The translations under genes and the position numbers were made by a program. Positions 31,248 through 42,212 of a DNA stretch of 64,000 nucleotides are shown piece after piece; the stretch's first letter is position 1; each line of letters starts with the position of its first letter. The stretch is from Bacteroidota bacterium (GTDB lineage: Bacteria; Bacteroidota; Ignavibacteria; Kapaibacteriales; UBA961): contig OZ123195.1 of NCBI GenBank assembly GCA_964204605.1, positions 2,415,814 to 2,479,813 on the forward strand, read 5' to 3'. Below the pieces are notes generated by a model. That model ran no database searches, was not told the origin of the DNA, and was given only the letters and a program-made list of their open reading frames with translations.

Positions 31248-31589
31248 ATGATTGCATTTTATGAAGTTTCTATAGAAGTTATCAAAGAACATTCACATGC
31301 ATGGGCGGACTGGATGATTTCTATTCATATCCCTGAAGTTATGAAATGTGGTGTATTTATTAATGCCAAACTTAGTAAAGTTACAGACCCAGTATCTGAA
31401 AGTTATGATACATTCCATATTCAGTATTCAGCTAACTCATTGCAAGACATACAATTATATAGATCAGAATATTCGCCTGCATTACAAGCTTCTCATAATC
31501 GGATATTTGGAGAACACACAAATGGTATGAGAAAAGTGCTGCAATTAGAAAAAGAATTTTTGCTAAGAATGCTTGTTTTTTATTTCTAA
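31248..31589 (+). CDS. DUF4286 family protein
   Basis: About 110 aa with W..WM...HIPEVM...G and a following aromatic-rich segment. This matches what I recall of the Bacteroidota DUF4286 consensus. Confidence 0.55.
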   Translation: MIAFYEVSIEVIKEHSHAWADWMISIHIPEVMKCGVFINAKLSKVTDPVSESYDTFHIQYSANSLQDIQLYRSEYSPALQASHNRIFGEHTNGMRKVLQLEKEFLLRMLVFYF

Positions 31590-31643
31590 TGAACATAATC
31601 ACTTTTTTCAATTCATAAATCAAAACATATTTTATACATCATT

Positions 31644-32309
31644 ATGCAACAATCAGTTTTTTCTGTACCAGAAGCTCCGCATTTAAAAATTATTGGATTT
31701 GAGGCCGGCCCTGTTGCAACGAATGGCTATATAATAGCAGATATTCAGAGTCATGAAGCAATTATTATTGATGCGCCATATAACAGTGCAGATATTTTCG
31801 AAGCAATTCTACAGCATTATTCATTATATGCTTCTGCATTATGGCTAACGCATTCCCATTGGGATCACACAGCAGATGCTTCTATTTTGCAAAATAAAGG
31901 ACTGGAAGTCTTTTGTCATAACGATGATATCTATAGATTGATCGATCCGATGGAGCATACATTATGGCCTTTACCATTTACTATTTATCCTGTTTCTCCG
32001 GTAGAAAAATTAATAGAAAACGAAATACTTCATTGTGGAGAATGGGGATTTAAGGTGATTCATACTCCAGGCCATACAGAAGGAAGTGTCTGTTTTATCA
32101 GCGAGAAATATAATTGTGCAATAGTAGGTGATACATTATTTGCTGATAGTATTGGAAGAACTGATTTACCTGGAGGCAATACCAATCAATTAATTCATTC
32201 AATTAAAAGTAAATTATTAGTCTTATCACCAGAAACTGTGATATTCCCAGGCCATGGAGAAATCTCTACTATTGGCCATGAACAACGATATAATCAATGT
32301 ATACAATGA
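31644..32309 (+). CDS. MBL-fold metallo-hydrolase (glyoxalase II-like)
   Basis: THSHWDHTAD (HxHxDH), downstream His/Asp ligands (HTPGHT, GDTLF), and a length of 221 aa. Confidence 0.85.
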   Translation: MQQSVFSVPEAPHLKIIGFEAGPVATNGYIIADIQSHEAIIIDAPYNSADIFEAILQHYSLYASALWLTHSHWDHTADASILQNKGLEVFCHNDDIYRLIDPMEHTLWPLPFTIYPVSPVEKLIENEILHCGEWGFKVIHTPGHTEGSVCFISEKYNCAIVGDTLFADSIGRTDLPGGNTNQLIHSIKSKLLVLSPETVIFPGHGEISTIGHEQRYNQCIQ

Positions 32310-32365
32310 TATTCAGGATCATTTCTGATATTCAAAGTTTTATTTTTCATTAAAATGTATTTTCC

Positions 32366-32881
32366 ATGAACAACAATTCACTTTTCATTAATAGAGTACT
32401 CACCATCATTTGTATAATTTGCATACCGATGTTCATTGGTTGCTATTCATTTACAGGTGGTTCAGTTCCTGATCATTTAAAAACTATCAGTATTGCGCCT
32501 TCAAATGATAATAGCGGATTTGGCAATCCAAGATTTCGAGACATCCTAAATCGAAGATTGATTGACAAATTTAGAAATGACAATACACTTGTATTGGTTG
32601 AAACAAATGGTGATGCACAACTTCAATCAACAATTTCATCTATAAATGATGCAATTGTATCGGTTAGCCCCGGTGAGATTGAAAGAGAACGAAAGTTAAC
32701 GGTGACAGTAGATGCTGAATACACAGATGTGGTCAAGCATAAAACCGTTTGGAAACGTAGTTTTTCCAATTTTCAAGTGTACATTATAAGCCAAGGACAG
32801 CAAGCCCGGGAAGAAGCAGTGATTGTTGCAATTCAACAATTAGGTGAAGATATTCTGCTTGCAGTTGTTTCCGGTTGGTAA
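32366..32881 (+). CDS. LPS-assembly lipoprotein LptE-like (Bacteroidota type)
   Basis: Lipoprotein signal ending in GCYSFTGGS, which matches the GCGYSFTG start of Bacteroidota LptE. It is about 170 aa and sits upstream of a GT2 gene. The assignment is from memory. Confidence 0.45.
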   Translation: MNNNSLFINRVLTIICIICIPMFIGCYSFTGGSVPDHLKTISIAPSNDNSGFGNPRFRDILNRRLIDKFRNDNTLVLVETNGDAQLQSTISSINDAIVSVSPGEIERERKLTVTVDAEYTDVVKHKTVWKRSFSNFQVYIISQGQQAREEAVIVAIQQLGEDILLAVVSGW

Positions 32882-32929
32882 TATTGACATTTTTCTACTA
32901 TTTTCATAGCTGGAGCTCTAGCTAATCTT

Positions 32930-34381
32930 ATGGAAGTTACTTTACTTATTATTTATTTCTTTTCGCTCAGTATCTTATTTGCATTTGGATTACATGGTTT
33001 AGTGATGATTTATTTCTATCATAAAACCAGAGCATACAATCCTCCTGTATTATTAGCTCAAACCGAATGGCCCCAAGTAACTATTCAATTGCCTGTATTT
33101 AATGAAGTATATGTAGTTGAACGCTTAGTAAAAGCGGTATGCGAGTTGGAATATCCAATTGATAAATTAGAAATTCAATTATTAGATGATTCTACAGATG
33201 AAACTGTTGAAGTTTCTCGCAGAATTGTTTCAGAATTTACTTCTAAAGGGTTTGATATAAAGCATATTCACCGTATAGACCGTTCTGGCTTTAAAGCTGG
33301 GGCCCTTAAAAGTGGATTAGAAACTGCAAAAGGGGAATATATTGGAATTTTTGATGCAGATTTTGTTCCTAATACTGATTTTCTTCAAAAGACAATTCCT
33401 CATTTCCAAAATGCAAAAATCGGCATGGTTCAAACACGATGGGAACATCTAAATGAAGATTATTCCTATTTAACCAGAGCCCAAGCATTGGCTTTAGATG
33501 GCCACTTTGTGATTGAACAGCAAGTTAGAAATAAAGCTGGTTTCTTTATTAACTTTAATGGAACAGCTGGTATTTGGCGTAAATCATGTATAGAAGATGC
33601 TGGTAATTGGCATGCAGATACTTTAGCAGAAGATTTAGATTTAAGTTATCGTGCCCAATTACGTGGCTGGAAATTTATGTTCTTAAACGATGTAACGTCA
33701 CCAGCAGAATTACCAGCTGATATTAATGGCTTAAAAACTCAGCAATTCCGTTGGACAAAAGGTGCGGTTGAAACTGCGATTAAAATATTACCTATGGTAT
33801 GGAAATCTGAACTTCCATTAAAAATAAAAGCAGAATGTACTGTTCATTTAACAAGTAATATTGTATTCCCTTTTATCCTTCTTACTGCATTATTAAATGT
33901 ACCTTTAGTTGTGATTAAAAATACTGTAGAAGGGTATGATAGTATTTTTACTTTAATGGGAATATTTGTTCTTGCTTCCGTAAGTACGTTTATGTTTTAT
34001 ATGTATGCACAAAGAGCAATTCATCTTGATTGGCGCCGTAGACTTATGCTTTTCCCTGTTTTTATGGCTGGAAGTATGGGTTTTGCTGTTAATAATACTA
34101 AAGCAGTTTTCGAGGCACTTATTGGTAAAAAATCAGCTTTTATGCGTACTCCTAAATATAAAATAGTAAATGGTAAAGATGATTGGAAGAAGAAAAAATA
34201 TGTTCAAAAGCAACTTGGTGGTGCTATCATTGCTGAATTATTCTTTACACTCTATTTTATAGTAGGTATATCTATTTCTTTGTTTTATTTAGAAATTGCT
34301 GCGATACCATTCCAATTGCTGTTTTTAGCTGGTTTTGGTACAGTAGGTACTTTGAGTTTAAGACATGCTTTATCAAGATAG
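32930..34381 (+). CDS. Family 2 glycosyltransferase, processive membrane-embedded type (cellulose-synthase-like fold)
   Basis: D, DxD (FDADF), TED-like and Q(Q/R)xRW (QQFRWTKG) motifs, with TM helices at both ends. Confidence 0.85.
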   Translation: MEVTLLIIYFFSLSILFAFGLHGLVMIYFYHKTRAYNPPVLLAQTEWPQVTIQLPVFNEVYVVERLVKAVCELEYPIDKLEIQLLDDSTDETVEVSRRIVSEFTSKGFDIKHIHRIDRSGFKAGALKSGLETAKGEYIGIFDADFVPNTDFLQKTIPHFQNAKIGMVQTRWEHLNEDYSYLTRAQALALDGHFVIEQQVRNKAGFFINFNGTAGIWRKSCIEDAGNWHADTLAEDLDLSYRAQLRGWKFMFLNDVTSPAELPADINGLKTQQFRWTKGAVETAIKILPMVWKSELPLKIKAECTVHLTSNIVFPFILLTALLNVPLVVIKNTVEGYDSIFTLMGIFVLASVSTFMFYMYAQRAIHLDWRRRLMLFPVFMAGSMGFAVNNTKAVFEALIGKKSAFMRTPKYKIVNGKDDWKKKKYVQKQLGGAIIAELFFTLYFIVGISISLFYLEIAAIPFQLLFLAGFGTVGTLSLRHALSR

Positions 34382-34412
34382 ATATTCTACCGATAAAATT
34401 CTGTAGTTTTGA

Positions 34413-34438
34413 AGGCGCTTTTTATAGCGCCTTTTTTA
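34413..34438 (+). terminator. Rho-independent terminator after the GT2 gene
   Basis: Perfect 7-bp stem aggcgct / agcgcct, loop ttttat, followed by T6. Confidence 0.65.
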
Positions 34439-34469
34439 TGTCCAATACCAAATAATACTGTACATTATT

Positions 34470-35456
34470 ATGAAATTAGTAAGCTTTCAACCTGCAAAAA
34501 ACATTACAAGACTTGGGATATGTGTTAATGATACAATTTATGATCTTGCTATTGCTAGATCTTTAAGTACTCTAAGTTTTACATTGCCATATCTTCCTGA
34601 TGCTATCTTACCTTTTTTAGAGCTAGGAAATGCAGCTATGAATGATGCTAGCATTCTTCATCAAGATATTATAACAGATTCTTCACAATATAATACAGCT
34701 GCCTATGCATTAAATCAAGTGCATCTATTGTCTCCAATTCCTAGGCCTACTTCTATGCGAGATGGGTATGCATTTAGACAACATGTAGAAGCTGCCCGAA
34801 GAAATCGTGGATTAGACATGATTCCCGAGTTTGATGAGATCCCAATTTTCTATTTTACCAATCATCAAGCAGTTTTTGGCCCAGGTCCAATTTCTGTTCG
34901 CCCGATGCATCTTGAACAATTAGATTTTGAATTAGAAGTAGCAATCGTTATTGGAAAACAAGGATCTGATATATCTGCCAAAGATGCAGATTCTTATATA
35001 GCAGGATATATGATAATGAATGATTGGAGTGCAAGAGCAATGCAAATGCATGAAATGAAGCTAAATCTTGGCCCAGCAAAAGGAAAAGATTTTGCAACAA
35101 CTCTTGGTCCATGGCTTATTACCAAAGATGAATTGGAATCTAAGAAAATCTCTACTCTCAATGGTGATTCCTATGATTTAGCAATGACATGCAGTATAAA
35201 TGGTATGCAAGTTTCTTCTGGGAATGTTAAAGACATGAGTTGGACATTTGCTCAGATTATTGAAAGAGCAAGTTATGGTGTTACTCTCTATCCAGGAGAT
35301 GTAATCGGTTCTGGCACATGTGGAACAGGATGTTTTCTCGAATTAAATGGTAGTAAAGTCTTTAATCCACCAATGTGGGTCAAAGAAGGTGATACTATCA
35401 ATTGTTCGATAGATGCACTGGGTTCATTGGTAAATACTATTGAAGTTCGGAGATAA
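34470..35456 (+). CDS. Fumarylacetoacetate hydrolase (FAH) family protein
   Basis: FAH fold signature: ELEVAIVIGKQG, a metal-binding Glu/Asp context, and a GDVIGSGT C-terminal motif. Confidence 0.85.
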   Translation: MKLVSFQPAKNITRLGICVNDTIYDLAIARSLSTLSFTLPYLPDAILPFLELGNAAMNDASILHQDIITDSSQYNTAAYALNQVHLLSPIPRPTSMRDGYAFRQHVEAARRNRGLDMIPEFDEIPIFYFTNHQAVFGPGPISVRPMHLEQLDFELEVAIVIGKQGSDISAKDADSYIAGYMIMNDWSARAMQMHEMKLNLGPAKGKDFATTLGPWLITKDELESKKISTLNGDSYDLAMTCSINGMQVSSGNVKDMSWTFAQIIERASYGVTLYPGDVIGSGTCGTGCFLELNGSKVFNPPMWVKEGDTINCSIDALGSLVNTIEVRR

Positions 35457-35459
35457 TTC

Positions 35460-36398
35460 ATGCCTAGAGTACTTATTACTGGTGGTGCCGGTTTTTTAGG
35501 ATCACATCTTTGCGATAAATTTATCGGTAATGGCTACGATGTTATTTGTATGGATAATCTTATCACGGGTTCTCCCGATAATATTGCTCATCTTATGGGT
35601 AATGCAAGATTTAGATTTATTCATCATGATGTAACGGAATATATGTACGTAGATGGAGATTTAGACGCCATTCTTCATTTTGCTTCTCCAGCTTCTCCAT
35701 TAGATTATTTACGCTATCCGATACAAACATTAAAAGTAGGATCTTTGGGTACTCATAAAGCTTTAGGATTAGCAAAAGCAAAGAAAGCTAGATTTCTTAT
35801 AGCTAGTACCAGCGAAGTGTATGGAGATCCGCTTGTTCATCCACAACAAGAAGAATATTGGGGGAATGTAAATCCTGTAGGTTCAAGAGGAGTGTATGAT
35901 GAGGCAAAACGCTTTAGTGAAGCTATCACTATGGCATATCATAGATATCATGGATTGGATACAAGAATTGTAAGGATATTCAATACCTATGGACCTAAAA
36001 TGCGTATTGAAGATGGCCGCGCAATCCCTGCTTTTATGTCTCAAGCATTATTAGGCGAACCTATAACTGTATTTGGTGATGGTAGCCAAACTCGATCAAT
36101 TTGCTATGTTGATGATTTAGTTGAAGGTATCTATCGTCTTTTACTCTCTGGTGAAAACAATCCAGTAAATATTGGCAATCCAGATGAGATATCTATGCTT
36201 GATTTAGCAAAGGAAATTATAGAGATTTCTGGTTCTTCATCAGAGATTATCTTTAAAAGTCTTCCTGAAGATGATCCTAAAGTTAGGCAACCGGATATAA
36301 CAAAGGCGAAACATATACTTGGCTGGGAACCAAAAGTTCAAAGACGTGAAGGTTTATTAAAAACACTAGAATATTTTCGTATGGCTTTAAAGAAGTAA
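35460..36398 (+). CDS. UDP-glucuronate decarboxylase (UDP-xylose synthase) family SDR
   Basis: [16 protein letters not shown], catalytic YDEAKR and a UXS-like length of 312 aa. Confidence 0.8.
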   Translation: MPRVLITGGAGFLGSHLCDKFIGNGYDVICMDNLITGSPDNIAHLMGNARFRFIHHDVTEYMYVDGDLDAILHFASPASPLDYLRYPIQTLKVGSLGTHKALGLAKAKKARFLIASTSEVYGDPLVHPQQEEYWGNVNPVGSRGVYDEAKRFSEAITMAYHRYHGLDTRIVRIFNTYGPKMRIEDGRAIPAFMSQALLGEPITVFGDGSQTRSICYVDDLVEGIYRLLLSGENNPVNIGNPDEISMLDLAKEIIEISGSSSEIIFKSLPEDDPKVRQPDITKAKHILGWEPKVQRREGLLKTLEYFRMALKK

Positions 36399-36402
36399 AG
36401 AA

Positions 36403-36642
36403 ATGAATGATATCTTTGAGAGAACCGAACAAGTAATTGCAGAAGAAATTAGACCAGCTATTCAGCGTGATGGTGGTACCATTCAACTTATTAAAATAGA
36501 TGAACATGGTGTAGCTTGGGTAGAATTAAAAGGTGCTTGCGCAAAATGTAGTGCTTCTTCTCTTACTATGAGAGCTGGAGTAGAAAGAATTCTAAGAAAA
36601 AGAATATCTGCTATTTCGGCAGCAAAAATGATCAATACATAA
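36403..36642 (+). CDS. NifU-like (Nfu) Fe-S cluster scaffold domain protein
   Basis: 79 aa with IRPAIQRDGGTIQLIKID and a CxxC pair (GACAKC), characteristic of the Nfu C-terminal domain. Confidence 0.8.
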   Translation: MNDIFERTEQVIAEEIRPAIQRDGGTIQLIKIDEHGVAWVELKGACAKCSASSLTMRAGVERILRKRISAISAAKMINT

Positions 36643-36643
36643 A

Positions 36644-37678
36644 CTATTTTTCAATAATAGTTCCAGATCTAAAAAATGCACTCCACTTTTTTATCAAATC
36701 TTTTGATAAAGTAGCTTTTTTTACGGCTCTAAAATTGGAATATAAAGCTGTTTTACCCTGAATGATATACCATAATTGCGATTCAGGTTGTTGGTGATCT
36801 ACAGTACTTGGAGCTTGTAATGAAAGAATAAGCCAAGGAAATTCTGATTTTTTATCCTCTTTAATATATTTCAATGTCGCTTTTGGTGCCCTCTGCTTAA
36901 AGTCTTGATAAATCATCTGAGAAAATTCTTTAAAGTTCGCATTTCTTATATCCCTTAAAGTCATCATAGCCCCATATTCTGTCCAAAGTTCCGGCTGCTC
37001 ATTGTCGTGAAAAAACTCCATAAGACTAAATGTAGAATCTTCAGATATATTTTGAACTCTCCAGTGTTCATCTACTGGCCACGGTAATGAGAATGCTTCT
37101 CCCTTTAATGTATCTCCGCCACAAATTTTATCAAAAAGCCCATTTCCTTCTTTGTCTCCTGCGCCTTTTGTAATTGATAAGTCGCTACAAGCAGATTGTT
37201 TATCACCTAAATAAGCATAAATCTGTCCCCTTAAATTTCGTAATGATGCATTATTTGGCTCTATCATTAATGCTTTGTTTAATATTGGTAAAGCTTGTTT
37301 GTGTTTATTACCATATAATAAACTTACTGTATAACTATAATATGCATCCATCAATAAAGAATCATATGTAATAGTTAAAAGGAAGTCTTGCTCTGCTAAA
37401 TCTGGTTTACCTATTTTTAAATGACATGTTCCCCGATTAAAATATGCCCTTGCCAATGTGCTGTCTAAATTAATTGCTTTAGTATATAATTCTATAGCCT
37501 TAGGACAATCATTTGCATCATGTCTTTTCATCCCAAGCTTGAATATTTCTACTGCATCTTGAGCACAAAATAAATCTATCGTACTGCTAAAAAGCAATAA
37601 TAAAATGAATCTTGTAATTATATATAATCTATAAGGATACATAAGAATTTTGAGATAAGTGTATAATGCTGAAGTCAA
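36644..37678 (-). CDS. TPR-repeat protein with N-terminal membrane/signal segment
   Basis: N-terminal hydrophobic segment, then TPR units (AIELYTKAINLDSTLARAYFNRG ...). The C-terminal half has no recognisable domain. Confidence 0.55.
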   Translation of the reverse strand: MTSALYTYLKILMYPYRLYIITRFILLLLFSSTIDLFCAQDAVEIFKLGMKRHDANDCPKAIELYTKAINLDSTLARAYFNRGTCHLKIGKPDLAEQDFLLTITYDSLLMDAYYSYTVSLLYGNKHKQALPILNKALMIEPNNASLRNLRGQIYAYLGDKQSACSDLSITKGAGDKEGNGLFDKICGGDTLKGEAFSLPWPVDEHWRVQNISEDSTFSLMEFFHDNEQPELWTEYGAMMTLRDIRNANFKEFSQMIYQDFKQRAPKATLKYIKEDKKSEFPWLILSLQAPSTVDHQQPESQLWYIIQGKTALYSNFRAVKKATLSKDLIKKWSAFFRSGTIIEK

Positions 37679-37745
37679 TATAACGTGTTTTAATCATCGA
37701 AAATATGTCTTGTTCTGTATATTTGCTAAAAAATGATAATCCTCT

Positions 37746-38789
37746 ATGATTTTATGCGATAAAAATATCATCCTACCTTCATCTTTACCTTCTGGTTTTA
37801 ATGATATTACTTTTATTGATGGTAGAACATTAACAAATCAAGATCTTATTGATTCAAAGTGCACTGCTTTATTTGTTCGTTCCGTTACAACAATAAATGA
37901 ATCTTTATTGAAATCTTCGAATATATGTTTTGTTGGAACTGCTACTGCAGGAATTGATCATATTGATAGGAAATATCTGAATGATCGTTCGATTGCTTTT
38001 GCATCAGCCCCTGGATCTAATGCTGTAGCAGTTGCTGAATATGTATATTTTGCATTATTATCATATTCGAATACTTATAATATATCATTGAGAGGTAAAG
38101 TGCTTGGTATATTTGGATTAGGACAAGTAGGTAAGCGAGTGGCTAAGATTGCTGAAACATTGGGAATGAAAATTATAGCATCAGATCCATTCCTTGAGGA
38201 ATCAGGAATTATGTATCAGAATATACAATGGCGGAAAAAAAGGGAAATTTTACAGGAAGCCGATATTATTAGTATTCATACTCCATTAACATATCATGGT
38301 GCATATCCAACAGCATATATGTTTTCTAGAGATGAATGCGAAATAATGTCTGCATCACTTCTTATTCAAACAAGCAGGGGTGGCATAATTGAGGAGTCAG
38401 CATTACTGAAAAAATTACAGACATCTCATCTTTTACTTGCGATTGATGTATGGGAAGAAGAGCCATTATGGAATGCCCATATTGTACATCATACATCTAC
38501 ATGTATGGCTACACCACATATTGCTGGATATACAAAAACCGCTAGAGAAAGGGGAGGTGAAATGATTGTAGAAGCATATGCAAGGTTTAAAGGACTTCGT
38601 ATATCAGAACACATAAACAAGCAAAATTATATAGATGATAAAGATGTGTACAAAACTCTACAGCTTCATCGATTTGCAGAAAATAAAAGGACAGTTCTTA
38701 AACATCACGATGTTGATTCTATGTACTTTGATGAATGTAGACAACATTGCTTGCAAGACATAGAGACAATGAAAGATCCACTATTATGA
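37746..38789 (+). CDS. pdxB: Erythronate-4-phosphate dehydrogenase (PLP biosynthesis)
   Basis: It is collinear with E. coli PdxB as I recall it: ...ALFVRSVTTINESLL...FVGTATAGIDHID...SAPGSNAVAVAEYV. The D-2-hydroxyacid dehydrogenase NAD-binding motif GLGQVGKRVA is present. Confidence 0.85.
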   Translation: MILCDKNIILPSSLPSGFNDITFIDGRTLTNQDLIDSKCTALFVRSVTTINESLLKSSNICFVGTATAGIDHIDRKYLNDRSIAFASAPGSNAVAVAEYVYFALLSYSNTYNISLRGKVLGIFGLGQVGKRVAKIAETLGMKIIASDPFLEESGIMYQNIQWRKKREILQEADIISIHTPLTYHGAYPTAYMFSRDECEIMSASLLIQTSRGGIIEESALLKKLQTSHLLLAIDVWEEEPLWNAHIVHHTSTCMATPHIAGYTKTARERGGEMIVEAYARFKGLRISEHINKQNYIDDKDVYKTLQLHRFAENKRTVLKHHDVDSMYFDECRQHCLQDIETMKDPLL

Positions 38790-39791
38790 TGTAGCAGGAA
38801 GGGCAATACCTAAAAATTCCATTGCGGATTGAGAAAATATCTGATTTTTTATGTGTTGAGGTATTGACATTTTTTCTAAAAATTCACCATGGTTTAAATC
38901 TCCTAAAGGGAAAGGATAATCTGTTCCATAGCAAATTTTATCAGCACCAAAAATTGACAGTAAATATCTGAATGCATCATCATCATGAGTAATACCGTCA
39001 ATCCAAAATTTACCAATATAAGATTTGGGATCTTTGATATGATTGATATTACATAAGTCTTGTCTGGCATGCCATCCATGAGATATTCTTCCAAAAGTAA
39101 ATGGGAAGGATCCTCCAGCATGACTAAACAACACTCTTAATTTTGGAAATTTATCAAAGATGCCACCAAAAATCATTGAAGTAACAGCAAGAGTTGTTTC
39201 TGCAGGCATACCCACAAGCCATTCCTGAAAATATGATTTCATTCTTTCGGCACCAGCCATATCCCAAGGATGAATCATGAGGCAAACGCCAAGTTTTTCG
39301 GCAGCTTCATAAAAAGGGAATAAAGATTCATGATCTAGATTTTTACCAAGTATATTAGATCCTATTTGTAAACCAGGCATATTCAATTCAAGTTTACAGC
39401 GTTCCATTTCTTTAATTGCAAGAGAGATGTCTTGCATGGGAACTGTACCTAAACCAATAAAACGAGGATATTGATTGCACACAGAAGCCAAGTGATCATT
39501 CAAAAACATCGACCAATCGAGTCCATGTTCTGGTTTTGCCCAATAATTAAATAAAACTGGAACGGTACATAATGTCATATAATCAACATGATGCATATCC
39601 ATATCTTGTAAAATAGATACAGGATTCCAACAATTTTCTTGTATTTCTCTAAAAAACACACCATCATCTCTCATCATCTTTGCAGATCCAGGTTTGTGAT
39701 GATCGAGAGTAATAAAACCACCATAACCATATTTATCTTTCAAAGACGGCCAATTCTGTGGCAATATATGTGCATGAATATCTAGTTTCAT
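38784..39791 (-). CDS. ACMSD-family amidohydrolase (2-amino-3-carboxymuconate-6-semialdehyde decarboxylase-like)
   Basis: The N-terminus MKLDIHAHILPQNWP...YGYGG and the motifs TVPVLF.YWAKPE, EMERC, WLVGMPAETT, GTDYPFPLG match what I recall of eukaryotic and bacterial ACMSD across the full length. The metal-binding H-x-H and Asp positions are conserved. Confidence 0.8.
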   Translation of the reverse strand: MKLDIHAHILPQNWPSLKDKYGYGGFITLDHHKPGSAKMMRDDGVFFREIQENCWNPVSILQDMDMHHVDYMTLCTVPVLFNYWAKPEHGLDWSMFLNDHLASVCNQYPRFIGLGTVPMQDISLAIKEMERCKLELNMPGLQIGSNILGKNLDHESLFPFYEAAEKLGVCLMIHPWDMAGAERMKSYFQEWLVGMPAETTLAVTSMIFGGIFDKFPKLRVLFSHAGGSFPFTFGRISHGWHARQDLCNINHIKDPKSYIGKFWIDGITHDDDAFRYLLSIFGADKICYGTDYPFPLGDLNHGEFLEKMSIPQHIKNQIFSQSAMEFLGIALPATS

Positions 39792-39807
39792 GTATGATTA
39801 TACCTAT

Positions 39808-41580
39808 TTAAGAAAAAGAATGATTTCCTGGAATCGCATCAATAAGACGTTGTGTATATTCTTGTTGCGGATTTTCATAGATATCTCTAGCATTCCCTAT
39901 TTCAATTATAGACCCAGCATTCATCACTGCGATACGATCACTAATAAACTTAACAACGCTTAGATCATGGGAAATAAAAATATAAGTAAGCTTGAACTCT
40001 TCGCGTAATTGCACCAAAAGATTTAATACTTGTGCTTGAACAGATACATCTAAGGCAGACACAGATTCATCGCAAATGAGAAATTCAGGTTTTAGTGCAA
40101 GAGCACGTGCAATACAAATTCTTTGTCTTTGCCCGCCAGAAAATTCATGAGGATAATTGCTAAAATGATATGGTTCAAGATTTACTTTATCTAGTAAATA
40201 CAGCACATATTCTTTTCTTTGTTTTTCATTATCAAGTACTTTATGAACATTTAGCACTTCCATTATTGCGCTGCCCACAGATAATCTAGGATTTAAAGAA
40301 CTATATGGGTCTTGAAAAATGATCTGAAAATTCTTTCTTAAACCTTTTAATTCATGCTTAGATAAAGACCTAATATCTTGTCCTTTAAACATAATAGAAC
40401 CATCTGTTGGCTCTACTAATCGTAAAATAGCTCTTCCTGTAGTTGTTTTACCGCAACCTGATTCGCCAACTAATCCAAGGGTTTCACCTGGTTTAACATC
40501 AAAAGAGATACCGTCTACAGCTTTTACCATTTCGGAAGAATTCCCAAAAAGACCGCTATTTCTCATTGGAAAATATACTTTTAAATTGTCAACTGTTAAT
40601 AAAGGCCTTAGTGCAGATAACTCTTCATTTCTTTTATTTATTTGTTCTTCAGAGACAATATTATGTTCTACAACTTCATCTATCGAAACATGTGCAAGAG
40701 ACTTAGCAGTGATGGAACCATCTGGATTTTCATCCATAAAATCACGAACTGTAGGTAAAATGTGCAGTTTTTTGTCTAAGCGAGGACGGCAAGCTAATAA
40801 TCCTTTGGTATATGGATGTTGAGGATGTTGAAAGATATCTTGAACACTACCTTGTTCAACAATTTTTCCTTTATACATTACTATGATATCATCGGCAATT
40901 TCAGAAACAACACCTAAATCATGAGTAATGAACATCATACCCATATTATGTTTTTTTTGTAAATCTCTCATTAAATCAAGTATTGTAGCCTGAACAGTAA
41001 CATCTAAAGCAGTTGTCGGTTCATCGGCAATTAAAAGGGATGGATTGCAGCTCATGGCCATAGCAATCATCACTCTTTGCTTTTGTCCACCAGATAATTG
41101 ATGTGGATATTGATCAATCATTGCTTCTGGACGGGGTAATTGTGCTTCTTTCATTAATTGCAAAACTCTATGTCTGGCTTCTTCCTTAGAGATATTTTCA
41201 TGGAGTATAATTGCTTCCATAATTTGTTGTCCACATTTAATAACAGGATTAAGCGAAGTCATAGGTTCTTGAAAAATCATAGATATTTGATTTCCCCGGT
41301 ATTTTCGCATTTTATCTTCGGGTAAAGACAGTAAATCGGTTTGTGAACCATCTTGTTCTGTGAATAATATCTCGCCCTGAATTATGCGTCCTGGTGGGTC
41401 TGGAATTAATCGCATTACGCTTAAAGAAGTAACACTTTTTCCTGAACCTGATTCACCTACAATTCCTAAAGTTTTTCCACGCTCAACAGAAAAGCTAATA
41501 TCTTGCACAGCTTGATGAGTACGTTCTTCGGAACGAAATTCAGTAATAAGATTTTTTACCTGTAATAAAGGTGTATTCAT
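39808..41580 (-). CDS. ABC transporter ATP-binding protein with two NBDs (fused DppD/DppF-like; YejF/GsiA-type)
   Basis: Two Walker A sites (GESGSGKS; GESGCGKT), two LSGGQ signatures, and the oligopeptide-ABC C-terminal HPYTKGLL motif after NBD1. Confidence 0.9.
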   Translation of the reverse strand: MNTPLLQVKNLITEFRSEERTHQAVQDISFSVERGKTLGIVGESGSGKSVTSLSVMRLIPDPPGRIIQGEILFTEQDGSQTDLLSLPEDKMRKYRGNQISMIFQEPMTSLNPVIKCGQQIMEAIILHENISKEEARHRVLQLMKEAQLPRPEAMIDQYPHQLSGGQKQRVMIAMAMSCNPSLLIADEPTTALDVTVQATILDLMRDLQKKHNMGMMFITHDLGVVSEIADDIIVMYKGKIVEQGSVQDIFQHPQHPYTKGLLACRPRLDKKLHILPTVRDFMDENPDGSITAKSLAHVSIDEVVEHNIVSEEQINKRNEELSALRPLLTVDNLKVYFPMRNSGLFGNSSEMVKAVDGISFDVKPGETLGLVGESGCGKTTTGRAILRLVEPTDGSIMFKGQDIRSLSKHELKGLRKNFQIIFQDPYSSLNPRLSVGSAIMEVLNVHKVLDNEKQRKEYVLYLLDKVNLEPYHFSNYPHEFSGGQRQRICIARALALKPEFLICDESVSALDVSVQAQVLNLLVQLREEFKLTYIFISHDLSVVKFISDRIAVMNAGSIIEIGNARDIYENPQQEYTQRLIDAIPGNHSFS

Positions 41581-41657
41581 AATATGATTAGATACAAAGA
41601 ATAGATATTGACAATAAATTAAGGTTTTAGGAATAGATGAATATCGTTAGAACTTGC

Positions 41658-42044
41658 TTATCTGCTTATTAAAGCAATAGTTTCAATTTCAATTAAGACA
41701 TCTTTCGGTAATCGGCTAACTTCTACAGTACTTCTTGCTGGTTTTGATTCCCCAAAATATTCATTATACACTGTATTAATTACAGGAAAATCGCTCATAT
41801 TTTTAATAAATACTGTTGTTTTAACAACATCATTGGCGGTAAGCCCAGCAGCTTTTAATAATGCATCAATATTTGCAAGAACTTGCTTTGTTTGAGCAGC
41901 TATATCACCTTCGCCAATAATATGAGTTCCATCGGCTGATAATGGTATTTGGCCTGATAAAAACAATACATTGCCTGCAAAAATACCTTGTGAATAGGGT
42001 CCAATGGGTGCAGGGGCTTTGTCTGTTAATAATATTTTTTTCAT
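41658..42044 (-). CDS. ridA: RidA/YjgF family reactive-intermediate deaminase
   Basis: [12 protein letters not shown]...VFIKNMSDF...[18 protein letters not shown] matches the RidA core. I placed the start at the internal ATG ([11 protein letters not shown]). The in-frame ORF extends to 42203 with a hydrophobic N-terminal segment, a possible signal peptide. Confidence 0.75.
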   Translation of the reverse strand: MKKILLTDKAPAPIGPYSQGIFAGNVLFLSGQIPLSADGTHIIGEGDIAAQTKQVLANIDALLKAAGLTANDVVKTTVFIKNMSDFPVINTVYNEYFGESKPARSTVEVSRLPKDVLIEIETIALISR

Positions 42045-42212
42045 AGATTTTTTGGAAGAGATAAATGGAATTGTATCATTATTGGAAATTGCTAAACTAG
42101 GGAAATGACAATAAAAGAACAGAGAAATCAGAAAGACAATTGTAAAATAATAAGAAGAAATATATGAATCCCAATTTTTGGGTACACTTTGTTTATAAAT
42201 CATACTTCACCT

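Noticed and set aside
28775-31623. Assorted 60-73 aa ORFs overlapping the ABC ATPase, the ABC exporter and the DUF4286 gene (28775..28972, 29054..29239, 30451..30672, 31348..31530, 31432..31623)
   Set aside because: They are nested or overlapping alternate-frame ORFs with no independent support.
36283-39121. Small ORFs 36283..36507, 37174..37371, 38903..39121
   Set aside because: They are antisense or alternative-frame overlaps of the UXS and Nfu genes, the TPR protein and ACMSD respectively.
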